A DNA stretch of 64,000 nt from Phoronis australis (Eukaryota > Animalia > Phoronida), in NCBI GenBank assembly GCA_002633005.1, contig NMRA01000263.1, positions 424,143 to 488,142 on the forward strand, in the 5' to 3' direction. Below, piece after piece: positions 51,358-64,000 of this stretch (its first letter is position 1; every line of letters starts with the position of its first letter). The notes under the pieces were generated by a model, which had not been told where the DNA came from, searched no databases, and saw only the letters and a program-made list of their open reading frames with translations. Both the position numbers and the translations under genes were made by a program.

Positions 51358-54300
51358 GAAATACGCTAATGTTTAAGTACTGTATATTTTCAAATAATTT
51401 TTGATTACGGTTAAATCCTCCAAGAAAAAATCAGGATGTGTTTATTAAGTAATAATGAGTCGCTAAACTGATGATCAGAATTTTTGGGTTGTGTACCTAA
51501 GCTGCATTTCGTCCTGTTTATTTGGTCAAAAAACGTAACTCGAATTAGGTCCCTTATTCTCATGAAATCGCTTTCTTGGTATTACTTAAAGTGTCAAGAT
51601 TCTGTTTCCACGGTTAGCAACTCAAGTGCAGGCAGGGTATACACTCCACATTCGAATAAGCAATTTTACGGTTGGTCAGCACAACTCGTCTATGGAAACT
51701 TTCTCCCGGAACCCTTTAACCCAACTAAACAAAATGATTATCTGACATCATCAAGAAAACAGTACACTCGACAGAATATCCACGCTCCGCTGAAGAAGCT
51801 ACCTTTTGATTATAGACCACTTAGCGACATAACATTAGTCTTTACTTGTTCTATTACTCAGACGAGAAGAGGTTTTTAAAACAAGTTTTTCTATGTACCT
51901 TTGAAACGATTTTCAGTGTAAATGTATGTCTTTAAATTCTAGCGAACCCTTCTATACTTGAATCCAGTCTCTCGTGGAAAAAAATATTTACAGTAGACCA
52001 ATTTCCATTATAATATTGGTCTCAAAATTTCCCTGGTCGAAAGAGATGTGATTTCTGGGCTTGGAAAGACCTGATAGACTGTTATTACTCGAGGCTATGC
52101 TCGGCGAATAAAATGACGTCGTGACAACTTGCTGTGCCTAATGTCGAGCAATAACGAGCTGTCAGTTCCTTCTAAGACAAGAACTAACATCTAGTTTGAC
52201 TAACTTTGAAGAAAATGTGAGACTAATCGAAATTGGCCTACTGCTTTTCGGTGCCGGGTTTGATTTGTATTTTGGTGAAGGTTTCAAATCCAATGTTTTC
52301 AGTAGAGTTTTGTAGTAAAACTGTGTCTTATTCAAGTTGTAACCCGCCAAGTGTGCCCTGGGAATCGGGCCGTAAAAAAAACGTCTTAACGGAGCGACGC
52401 GTTTCGACTGACGTTATATACGGAAGAGTCCGCAGGGTTCAATCTGAAATCATGATGATGAAACTTAGTTTTGAGGGGAAACGAGATTCAAGAAAAAGAT
52501 GTTGTCACACTCGTCTCCTCTGGCCCACTACCTGAGCATGTTCATTGTCATGAACACCAGTCACCATGGACATAGTTGCTAAGGGCAGCCCATCCATCAA
52601 ATAAATGCCCACGAACAAAAGTTGACGGTAACAACATGCAAACTAGCGTTCTGGTAATGTTTAGAGTATAGACATCTAGATATCTACGATTGAGAATGTC
52701 ACTTCACGTCCTGACGGAAAACTAACCGTGACCGTCGAGAAACCACATGCGATTGTTGCTACGAGGGTCCTGTCAGTGTTACCGCTTTTCATCGCATTGC
52801 GGGGTGTGCGTTGATTTGTGAATCGTGAGTGTTTATTTCACCGCCACGAGGGACGTGGGGGCTGTGTTTGTAGCAGAAGGGTGATGAATGGTTCTCGGGG
52901 TGTGTTTGTAAGGGGCCCAGGGTGATGTCTCCTCGACCTATACTCGCTTCCGCAGAAAAAGTTCTACCGATTCCCGCCGAGGTCCCATTCGTCACCGTCT
53001 CAATGCTTCAAGCTTCTCTCTCTTCTCAGTAGCAACTCAGAAACACGGTCAATTCTCTTACACATACAGACGTCACGATAGTTTTTTTTTTATAAATCAG
53101 CAGATTTTGCCTTTATGCTCCAAACTCCGACCAGTGCCGCTTTGAAACCCAGTGTTAAATTTCTGCTTTATTACCCGTCAACTTGTCAATAACGATCTAT
53201 TTAAAAAGTAGCACACCAGGAATAATTCAAATTTTCCACTCGGTGTTGGCATTGAGGCGAGGTTATTTTCTTTCTCAATAAATATGACCCATGGTATTTT
53301 TTATCGTCAAAAACAGGCTTAAAATTTATCGCTACACCGCAGCCGTTAACTCGATCCCTCCCCGGAGAATACGTTTTGCTGCGCGCTTTTGAAAGCAGAT
53401 TTTCCTATAGTAAACGAAAAATGCACCTTAATACTTAATATGCCAAGACTGCCGACAGTTCCCGGTAACTAGCATGATTTTTATCGTCACTGTGGGAGGG
53501 ATTTCGTGGTTTGTCCCTGGGCTCGTCGACGCCTCAGTTCTGTCTTTACCGGGTGTTACGGTACCCATTTAACCTGAATCTATATTCCGGGGAGATGTTC
53601 CTGGACACTGTTAACTGTTTACATTCTCATTCCATAATTTAACACAACTGCAATCCCGTTGGCGAAATTTTACAGTGCTTATCTTTCAGAGGTTAGACAA
53701 GAGGGGAGAAAAAACAATGACCCCGGAAGCAAAACAACGGGCACTTGAACTGTTCTATTTTTCATAACATTTAAGCAACCGAGCGAAGCGCGATTCATTC
53801 AAACCGACTGTGTTGTCGTTGGCTGCTTTTGCGCGCCAATTTAAGTCAATACATATGTGCATCAGCTTGCGGCCGATCATTGAGAGATCGTTAACAGAAA
53901 TTATAAACTGAAGTGGGAGATCTCTATGAAATGGTGCGGAGTTGCGGTTAGTAAAGTCACAAGTTATGCCTATTCACGACATGAACCAGAGGTAAGCATA
54001 ATATAAGAGAAACCGCAACGTATTTAGCTGGGCTATTATTCAACTAGATGAATGTGGAAATCCCCTTGGTAGTTCAGTTTGAAATCAAAACACTGGGAAC
54101 GCGTACAATGGTCGGTAACATTGTCTATTCAGTATTCACCTCGCCGAATTAATAAAACTCGTTTGTATGGGGAATTCCGATTCAGAATTACTGTTGGAAC
54201 TGTATGTTTTGAATTGGCTTTAAATATTCGCTTGTGACCGTCCAGGAGCTGCTGTGTCTCAAGTCCAGTCGGCAAATCATCTGGGCTGCGCGAAGCCCGC

Positions 54301-55517
54301 ATGTTTTGAATATGATGTACTATTTGCATACATTGTATTCGTATGTCCGCTGAAACCACATTCATGACCGTTCACCAAAGCGTTGAATACGTATGTTTCT
54401 GACGTCCAGCTGATCTAGCAAGGCAAACTTAGGTTAGTACGAATTAGGGGATATAGTTGGCCTACACATATATTTCTTCAAGACTAAAACTGGATGTATC
54501 AGTGGTGGATACTTACTCTTACCACGGGCATGCACCATTAACAGAATTCTTGCCGTGGCAAGAGTTTTTGCTACATGTGTGGTGAGAATTGATTTCCAAC
54601 CCCTGTCCGTGATCTGTTTTAAATGGAATGCCTGAGCCCAGTGATTACATAACAACGTCAGGCAGCAATTAACTAAGTGCTCCTGCTCACTTGACCTTTT
54701 TTCACCAGTCCAGCAAAATATGTTTAGGTCTTGAAAATTTTGAAAACACTTCAGAGGCTGGGTAATTTTCCTGGTTTTTCCCCGTTGTCACCTTTTTAAA
54801 GACTGAGTTGCAGTTTAAATCAGTTGTGATTTCACATTTTTTCTTTGAATATTTTGCTTGCATCCTTGCCCGATTGGTCTATTGAACTGTACACATGAGC
54901 TAATGTATATGTGTTGAACCTTAGTCCTGTTAACATCGGAGCAGCGTTCTGTGAGAATTTCTTATCAGACAAGCTGCATGTGCTTTCTATGAATCGGGCC
55001 TGGTCCATTGTGTAATCGGGTAAAATTGAAATTTTAAAATGGTGTTGTAGGCAGTGTTGGATGAAAACTGTAATTGTTGGATTTTTAGATTTCTTTTTAA
55101 AACTTACACTTTATAAAGAATCAAATTTCCTTAAAGAAAGATTTTCATTTGTGAAAAAAAGTCATCGCGGAAGTATGAGAAACTTAACTGGCTTGCAAAT
55201 TGGTAATTTCCATCCAGTGACTGATAGCACTACCTATTAAGGTTTTCTTCGCTGCAGGAAAACATGCCCAAGAGACTTTGTGCATGTTCTTTACAAACAA
55301 GGAGTACCAGGAATCTTGTACCCAATGTGCTGATGATTCGGTTTAATTGGCCATTGTTGTTTATGTTGCTGGTACTATATAACAGAGGAGTTTTGGTTGA
55401 ATTCACTATATTTCTAGCCCAATAAGACTTGATCGTTTTAGAGTCGAAGAAGCTTTTGACTGAATCTGGTGTTTCTTGATTTTGAGCATGAAGGAATTTC
55501 TCTTTTTACCAGAAAAA

Positions 55518-55673
55518 ATGACGAGTGAAGAACTCAACGCGAAAGGTTGCGAAGGTTATTTATGGCGCCAAAGTTCCATCTTAAAACGATGGAAGAAGGG
55601 ACGATACAGACTGAAGCATGATGGGACACATTATACGATGGAATGTATCGAGGATGATGACTTCTCCGTGAAA
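55518..55673 (+). CDS. First coding exon of a PH-domain protein, evectin/PLEKHB-like; later exons not identified in this window
   Basis: Acceptor TTTTTACCAG ends at 55512, ATG at 55518. EGYLWRQSSILKRWKK resembles PLEKHB1/2 GWL(W/L)RQS(S/T)IL(R/K)RWK. Phase-0 donor GTAAGC at 55674. Confidence 0.75.
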
Positions 55674-58600
55674 GTAAGCCTTGTTTTTGAATGTTCTTGA
55701 AAGTAATATTACAATTTGAATTTCTCATTTGAGAGATGAAGGTCTTAAATAATAGTTATTCAGGAATTTATTTAGCTTTTAGTTTACTGAAAGTGTCTAT
55801 TAGCCTACTGTTCGTTCAAGAAGTGAACTTTTGATTATGGTCACCTGCTACTATAAAGTTGGTTTCAACTTATTGTTTACTTGAATGAGAGGCTGGGTTT
55901 GCAAAGAAGTGCGAGTTTGCTGCTATTCGTTGAAATCATCCATGCTGCCTAAAATGACATGCCTGTGACTAGCCTACCTGTAGAGTCAGGTCTCTAGCAA
56001 TATATCACACTGTAAGTTCTTCAGAAGCAGTGAAATCACCTTAAATTTGGCAAAAGAACAATTTAAGACCAATTTAACACCAGTAAGTCGTCTAAATAAA
56101 TCAAAACTTGTTTTTGTGATGGAAGGCAGGTTTATAGCTGCTGTAACATGAAAAGCTATCGAAATAAAATCATGTCAATTCATATAGACACATGTACTGA
56201 GACAAGCAGCTGCATTTAGCGCCTGCAGGCTTTTTGACTTTTCTTCCTCGTTAGAATATTAGGTATCCTACAATGTTTCACGTCTCGTTAATTAGTCAAC
56301 TTGGGAATCGTAATGAAACGATATGACAAAATACCACCTGACATTGCTGCTGAAACTTTTTTTTTTTTCAAAGAATAAAGTCTAAATTGTTGCTGTGACC
56401 AAAAAACAAATGAGAAACAAAAAACACGACTCAACACCATCAAAGCAATAATTGCTCTAATTCCCCAAGCCACAATGGAAATTTTTGATGACAATGGAAG
56501 ATACGTAAGGCATCAAATAACAGCTGGTCAATTAAGACCGTTTTCAAAGTTCAGCAGGGAGGTGCTTTCCTGGCCAGTGATGACTTTCCTAACTGATCTC
56601 TCTACAGAACTTCATCAGAAGCCTTACTGGAAGAAGTGAAGACCAGTCAAATATTGTTTGTCTAACATTTTAGCCTGCCATGTTTCCCCTGTTGCTTATT
56701 ACTGCTTCAAGAGCTCTCAGTGCTTTTGGCCAATGAATGAACTGAACAAAAGCTTACTGAACTGAAGTGATCACTGGCCACTTACCAAGACTTTTTACAT
56801 CTGAGGACCATAGACATAACTACGGATGCTCATGAGAGCGAAATCTGAAAAGTGGGGTTGATTTGTCTGTCTGTAATTATCATAATCTGCCATGATCAAA
56901 ATCACTTATCACCCACACATTCATTAGAAAACAAAGAGCGTAATTCTCAGTTGATGTTTGTATCTGTAACATGATGAACATGGCATTTAAAAAGTAATAA
57001 ATATTTTCTGTTACTTTCTTATTTATTTTGGTTAAATAAACAACAAATATGTTGCCTTGCGCAACTGCGGAAGAATATCAAAACAAGACTGACGTATTTG
57101 AATAGTGAGGTCATGCTGAACACGGCACTATAAGAAAAATACCAATTTTGGGTCAGGGATTTTTTTCGTTAAAAGACAGTTCTTAACTTTTTACACAATT
57201 AACGAGTCTGACAATATTTTCCAATGAAGTGGTTGTTTTGTTGTGCACATAATCGCAAACTAGATCTTATATATATGTATATTGCAATTTGCCAGGCATG
57301 GTGGTTTTGGCTGAATTGTTTACTAAGGTCACATGTCAATATTCCTGTTTAGACCTCTAGTCACCTTACGATCAACACCGGGGCCTCTTTGGCGAAGGTA
57401 TTAGTAAGTCGGGTGTTTTTTGTGTCATGCTCCGCTGCATGTAAATCTACCCTATGCAGATATTTTTTTACATGTTTATATGAGATTGGAGATTGACAGA
57501 AAAATCTATCAACAGACGTAATGAGGATCATTTAAAGCTGCATTTCATGCCAGTTTAGTTATAAGTGCTTTGGGGTTTAGAATATTACCAGGGTTATCTT
57601 ATCTTGATTTATTACCAAATAAGGTGGCAAATGGAGTCCCCAGCATTGCATAGAAGTGCACCGTTTATGCATTCCGAATTTTAGGGTTGGGCCAAACCCA
57701 ATGAACTCTGAAATGCTTCTTGGATCACTGTCCACTGATGGTTTCAGTGTTGGTAACGGAAATATAATCCTATCAAGGTATGGTATGAGATGAACAAGAT
57801 TAAGAAACCTAATTCGATTTTCGTTTTGTAACCAACTAAACAGGGCATGTGCAACTTTAAGATAGTTTACCCAAGAAGGAATGGACATCATATTTCACAA
57901 ATATCATTGTTAACTCAGATATTTAGTGTTTGCATGGTGTGAAATACATCTGATTAGATTCAGTATTTATTGAAAAGAAACTGGGAGCTAATTAAGCACT
58001 GAAATTGTTCTACTGTGAGATGGCAAAGGTTTGTGCCTATTCATTATGCTGTGAACAAGAAGCTTGTACAAGCTTCCAATTATTTAATACTGTACTTTCT
58101 TCAGTGAGAATGCATGCTTTGCATAGCTCAGCAAATGTATAGGCTACACAGTTTACACATTCAAGTAGTATGATTTACATTAAAGGTTCATATTTCACAT
58201 CAGAATAAACACAATATGTTGGCTTTACTTCAATACAGGTGAAGTCTTTATATACCTGATTCCAGATACAGTTTCTGCTTAGTTTAACATAATCACTAAC
58301 GACTCGTTTTAATTGAATAAACAGGCACTTCATTTTTTCATGTTGGTTTAAAATTCAATGTCTGTATTCTGTAATTTTATTACTTCTTCAGAGTCTTTTT
58401 GGTTATGGTATAAAGATAAAACACCAAATTTGCAATTAATACTTTCTTTCAGTAGAAAGGTGCCATTCAAACTAAACGGCAATCAGTGTATTTGAATCAA
58501 GTCAATAAAAATATACAATTTCATTGGTTGTGACATATGTTTTTGAAATTTCAAAATATAACTGCACTATTCGAAGTAGGAGTTGCGCTTTGTGAAAGTT

Positions 58601-60226
58601 AACCCGGCCATTGTCCCTTACATACCAGCCATAAGGAGCTTTTCTAAAGAACTTGGCAATCTGAATGTACACCTTATCCTCACATTTGTATCACTGGCTA
58701 CTATAAACTAAGAAGTGTTCATTCAGAAATCTCACAAGTTACTAGGCTTTTCTTTGCCTTACATTTTAACCTTAGAAAGTCTAATATTTGTGTTTACTAT
58801 GCAAATAAAAATAATGTCATTTGCCACTGTGAATAATAGGAAATCCTTAAAAGCACCGTGAAGTCTATTCAGGCCTCCGCTCACCCTTTATTCTTTGGTG
58901 TTTAAATTCAACGGTTTGACTATTATTTTATTTATGCTAATTACACTTTTAATGTTGTCGTGCTTTTTGGTTTGTTTGACATGAAAATATGATTGATTTC
59001 TGGATGTTGGAAGAATTTTTTGTACTATTCAGACGTTTGAGGAGTTGGCTGGTGCACATGAACGGGAAGAGATTTTTGGCAAATTATGAATTGAATTGAA
59101 CTATATAATTTTTTGAATTTAAGGTGTGGTAGAAATTAGCATTGTTGCAGCTATTAAAGTATTTCAAAATTGATTTCATAAAGTAAGCGGCAATTTGAAA
59201 GATATTATTGTCTGACTGACAGGTGTTCAGTAACAGTAGCTAGTTTTTTTCTAGTGATTTTCTATTCTTACATATAGTACAAGACAAGCAATCAAAGTTT
59301 TCTAGTCTGGACAGCTAATTCTGGTAAAAGCAAAAATTACCTGTAATAACTATTTGGGCGGCAAAAATTCTAATTACAGAATGGCCTAACCATCTGTCCT
59401 GTTATTCCCCTCCATTCTCGGTCATGAGGAAAGACGAATATTCTGACAAAAAATTCGGCTTCTGCCCAGTGTCCATGACAAAGAATTGCGGGTCATTTTG
59501 TCTGAATATTTTTGGCTTTTACTGTAAGTAGCTGTTCAGTTCAGCATTACTTTCAGTCCTTCTAATCACAAATTTACCTGTTCTGAAAAAAGAAGTATTC
59601 ATGCTGAGGTCTAGACACTGTCCAAAACCACCCTATGTGTGTAGTGGTGTTTGTTGTGAAGGTTAAGATAGCTTCTTGTCCCAACATCTTTGTAGTCCGA
59701 TCATTTTTGTTGCCCTGGTTACTTCATATCACCAATAAAATACTGTTTCTGGACGATGCGTGGTGACCTTTTCATGGAAACCCCACAAAGGGGCCCCTCT
59801 TTACTAGTGTCAGATCAATGAAAGGGTGGATATTTTCAGTAACAAAAATGGTGCTTCCCTTGGGATCTCCTGGGGCAGTCTGTGTCCATGTTTCTATTCA
59901 GTATATGTTTTTTGTCTTCATCCCTGAAAAGCACTAATTGACTGTGTGATAATTCTGAACATAACAAACACTAGTGGTCATCTACAGTTAGCCAAACCGT
60001 TTGCAGTTCTAATCAAATACCAGTGCAAGACTCTTGTGTTAAGCAATTAATTGAAGAGGGTAGTCGTAATTAAATGTTAATTGCTGCTATTATCTTCCCT
60101 GGTAACCCTGAACAATTTTAAATGGTTTCCATCATGCACTGACCACTAGCTGTGTGGTTTTAAGGATGAATTGTCAATGTAGAGTAATTAGACAGTTGTA
60201 AACACACCATCTCTTCATATGTATTA

Positions 60227-60778
60227 AAGGAGCTTTCCCATTAGAGACGAAACTTGGCTTTTAGCGAAGTTTTGGTAAGTGGGAAGGGTTATCTCCTGTT
60301 GTTAATCTGCAAACGAAACTTCGCTGAAAATAGTAGGATTTAAAAGAGAAGCTTTGGTACTCACCGAAACTCGGTGTAGTGGGAATGGTCAAAGTTATCA
60401 GTAGAGGTCTCAGCGACGATATACGTTCATGTGGTTCATATGAAACTCGTAAAACGTGTTCTTTGTTATTGTTGCGTAGCTGACGTGCTCTCGATAGACG
60501 CACGTAAATAAATAATAGACAGGACAGCATATCTGATGAAGAATGACACTGATCATTTTCATTAACACTTGTAAATGGCGGGAAAACAATTTTCAGTTAG
60601 TCTCGAAACCACTACTCAATATTCGTTTGAGAGTACGAATGAACTGTGCTGTTTGGTGTCTACTCCGATGACGGAATCGCCTTTAGCGATAACTTCGATA
60701 TCGCTGTCTAGTCGGAAAGGCAAGCGAAGTTTGGGTGAAACTTCAGTAAACCAAAGTTCACCCGACTGGTAAACACCA
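60227..60778. mobile_element. Old PIF/Harbinger-type MITE
   Basis: Degenerate ~45-bp TIRs (GGAGCTTTCCCATTAGAGACGAAACTTGG vs reverse complement GGTGTTTACCAGTCGGGTGAACTTTGG), TTA flanks, internal GCGAAGTTT / AAACTTCGC repeats. Confidence 0.5.
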
Positions 60779-63700
60779 TTATCTTTACCAGTATTTGAAT
60801 TTGAAGGTTATGGTATGTCTTCGTCTATTTAGCACATAATATGGCTGACAGGTGAATTTTTTACGTCGAAATTATCAGCAGAAATAAAGATTGAGAAGAT
60901 GTCAATCTAACATTCCCTTGATTTGTACTGTGTAGATGTTAAATTTGTATTATATACAGCGAGTTAATACATTTTTCAAAAACAAAAGAAATGCCGTTTT
61001 GGCAATTTTTTAGTGTGAAAGAAAAGAATTATGGTATTCATTGGCATGCAATTTTTGTTCAGTCCACAAGTTAGAGTTTTGAATGTTAATCACAATAAAA
61101 TAGAATGTTCAGATCGTATGCACAGACAATGCCACTAGGTATTACCTTGGCTCCATCGGTGAACCTGTCATTTCTAACACTTTTTGTCACTTGAAGTGTT
61201 TACCTATTCCTTTGTTTGAAAACAGAGGATGTTTACAATACTTAATAAGCAGCTGTTGTTTTGGTATTAAGATAACCTGACATTTGTGGACAAAAGGGTA
61301 AAACCCAGTTCTCAACAGTTAAGAAAGACAATACATGAATGGGTCTTTTATTTCATTTTTAATATTGTTGCTATGTCATTACGGGTTCCGTTGAAGAAAG
61401 TTACCTCTTTAAACCTGGTCTCGGGGTATTCCTTGCTCATGTGAGATCAATCTTGTGAGAGTGTTATTCAACTTTTGTTTTTAGGGTGATGGGCAACTAC
61501 ATAAATTACTCGTACTTGTTCCATTTCAAAAGTATTGGTAACAATAGCGGTATTCATTTCAACCCTTGTTGCCTGTTCATTACCTCCATAGGTTTATTAC
61601 TTGGTGAAATTTCTTAAAATCAGCTGCTTTGTCATAAATTTTCTTCTTTTTGTTCGTTTCTTTATTTGCACACTGCAGACCGTTGCATTTGGTATCCTCA
61701 ATGTGGAATTTGCACACGTGTCTGGTAAATGGCTCAAATCATATTGTTTTTGGTTAAAATCGGAAGCAAGATAGGTGTTGTGTCGGTCATTTTTCAGTAT
61801 TTTGGTTTGTGGAGCTATAGCGTGATTGTCTCTGGAGTAATTTTTCTATCAGATATGTGCCATTCGCTTTTCTCTAGGACTTGATTTAAATTCTTGAGTT
61901 ATTGGAGAATTTCTGATGACTGCTTTCCAATTAATTGAATTTTTGTGCCATATCTTTGGCGTCCCTTTATGGATCTGTCTGAAATTTGGCATGTGGATTG
62001 TTCATTTCAAGCACTATTGGCTGTGGAACTTGTTTTTCGCTGGGACTTACCGTTCTTGAGATTTTCTGCTTAGATGACTGTTCTTTTGTTGACGTTTTGA
62101 TGGTCACTTATTCGTGCTAGAGAACGCATTTTTCATCTGATTGAAATTTACATGCATTGTTTCTGTAGTCAATAGCTCAAGGACTTTGGTTTGTGGGGAA
62201 AATTGGACACAAGATGGCACGGTGACGGCCATGTATCGAATAATGTTTGCAAAGCTCTCTCAGCGATCCTTTGATCGACTATTTTCCAATTTGGTGTGTA
62301 AATAGATTTCCTCATGGGCTTTATGCAGTTTGTGTTTTCACTTAATGAAAATGTGTATTCTTACCTCTTTGTATTTGTTGCATCTGGTTTGAAGTGCTTT
62401 TTGCTTATTTTGTTTCTAGAAAAAAGCATGTTTTCCTTGTCACTAGATGGAAATGTCCTGTTCATCAATACTGAAATTGTAGGCCCTAACAATGGGCATT
62501 GTCCAGGTTATGAGATAAATTTATGAAACATGCCTTTGTCTCTGACTTGTATCCTAGTTTAGTTTCAGATGTCCTTTATTTCACTGTCAATTTTATCAGC
62601 AGAACTTATTTTTATTCTGACAAAGTAAATAGACTGAGCATGTTCCTTCTTTTGGTGTTAACTGTTGCTCAGATACATTGGTTGTGTTTTATATTACTGT
62701 TCACATTATCAGGTACTTAAACCATGAAACCATATTTACTGTTTTCATCAAGAGCTCTGATCGAGTAAATTGCGTTATGGAAAACTATCTGTGGCGCACC
62801 CTAGCAAGCCAGAGATAAGGCAAGTTTCACATGATGTCGTTCATTTTTTATACAAAGAGCTATTCGGAAGAGCCCCTTGATAACCAGTTTTGTAGTTATA
62901 CTAGTTCATGGTAACCTGTTCTGTATTACCCAAGAATATGTTTCTTGTATGGTTAATTTAACACATTTGTGTGCAGAAGTTTAATGTTATGTCATTTCAT
63001 TTCCTAATGTGTTCACAGAAAGGGTTTGGGTTGCGCAACAACTTAGTTGCTTGTGAGGTTATTTTTGTGTTTTTGCTGTGAAGAATTTAAATGTGAGATT
63101 TTTAATTACAAGTTCCTGTGTTTCTAATGTAACTAAAATGCAACATATTTACCTATTGGAATTACAACAAAAGGTGCATGGGCAATAACTACCTACATAA
63201 AAAAGGTTGATAAGACTTTTTGTGCATAATTTTCTTTCTTAGGGGACCCTACTGTTGAAGTGCCGTCCCTTGGGAGTTTCTTATCACTGTAGGCAGGATT
63301 AGTAAACTACACATTGACACATAATATGTCGCATAATTTTTGTACCAAGCCAAAGTTTTGTGTTTAAATCAGGTTAGCTTTTTGATAGATTTGCATTAAG
63401 GATACAGTTTATTTGAGTTATTTGAAGAAAAATTTACATTACATTTTAATTGCATGCCTTTTTATCAAGGCCAGCAGCTGTTGACTAGTAATTTTTGTTC
63501 CCTTTTGTTCAATTCAAAGAGCAGACAAAGTGTGGTAGTATCTGTAGCCTGGTTACAAACAGCTGCTGATACCCTCATATTCTGCTTGTCAATCAAAAGC
63601 TCTGTAAAAGCAATTAAGTTCACAATTATATACCTTCAGTTAATGTTTTTTTACAATTTAAAAAAACAAAATGAATTTGGTTTTTCATTATATTGTTGCC

Positions 63701-64000
63701 AAACTTTTTTGATAGTATTTTGTAATTTCAAAAAAATGCTGTGCTTTGGTAACTGATCACTGCAATTAAGGTATCAGGTTCCTCCAATGGTTGAAAGTTT
63801 GTTTGAACATCTGTTCATTTTTTGTGGTGACTGCTTATAAAAAATCTGTGAAATCGGGGAAATTTTGGATTTCTTTGTTCTTTATTCAGCCTTTAGTTCA
63901 GTAGCTGTGGTACATTCCAAAAGCAACCTAAATACGATATTTGTTTAAAGCCACATTGTAGCCTTCGTTTTTGTCTGGATATTTTTTGAAGTTTTTTAGA

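Noticed and set aside
60532-60570. Hammerhead ribozyme core (CTGATGA plus stem)
   Set aside because: No GAAA follows stem II and stems I and III are missing. Other CTGATGA/TCATCAG hits, such as 56610, also fail.
59031-61730. Candidate second exons of the PH gene (59032, 61679)
   Set aside because: Their translations show no PH similarity; one hits a stop codon and the other lies in repeat-like DNA.

Overview
AT-rich, intron-containing genomic DNA from an animal, most likely an invertebrate; the taxon cannot be fixed from sequence alone. From left to right: (1) 1-9.4 kb is a stack of decayed transposable elements: a subterminal repeat array, an L1/Tx1 LINE 3' end, MITEs, a Penelope-like fragment, a frameshifted Ty1/copia element with only its 3' LTR, and a tRNA-derived composite repeat. 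(2) 9.7-28.3 kb is a tandem cluster of three intact two-exon ecdysteroid-kinase-like (EcKL / CHK kinase-like) genes on +. All three have a protein-kinase-style HRDFKPGN catalytic loop, and TE relics and a 589-N gap lie between them. (3) 30.3-41.0 kb is an 8-exon WDR92/DNAAF10 gene on - with a GC-AG intron. Exons 5-7 and 8 appear twice across single-N contig joins, probably because two haplotypes were left uncollapsed. (4) 41-64 kb is mostly intronic or intergenic and holds the first coding exon of an evectin/PLEKHB-like PH-domain gene, several MITEs and a 91-nt near-perfect hairpin. I found no CRISPR array, rRNA or prokaryotic system. The best candidate for new biology is the EcKL trio with the atypical catalytic and N-lobe motifs.
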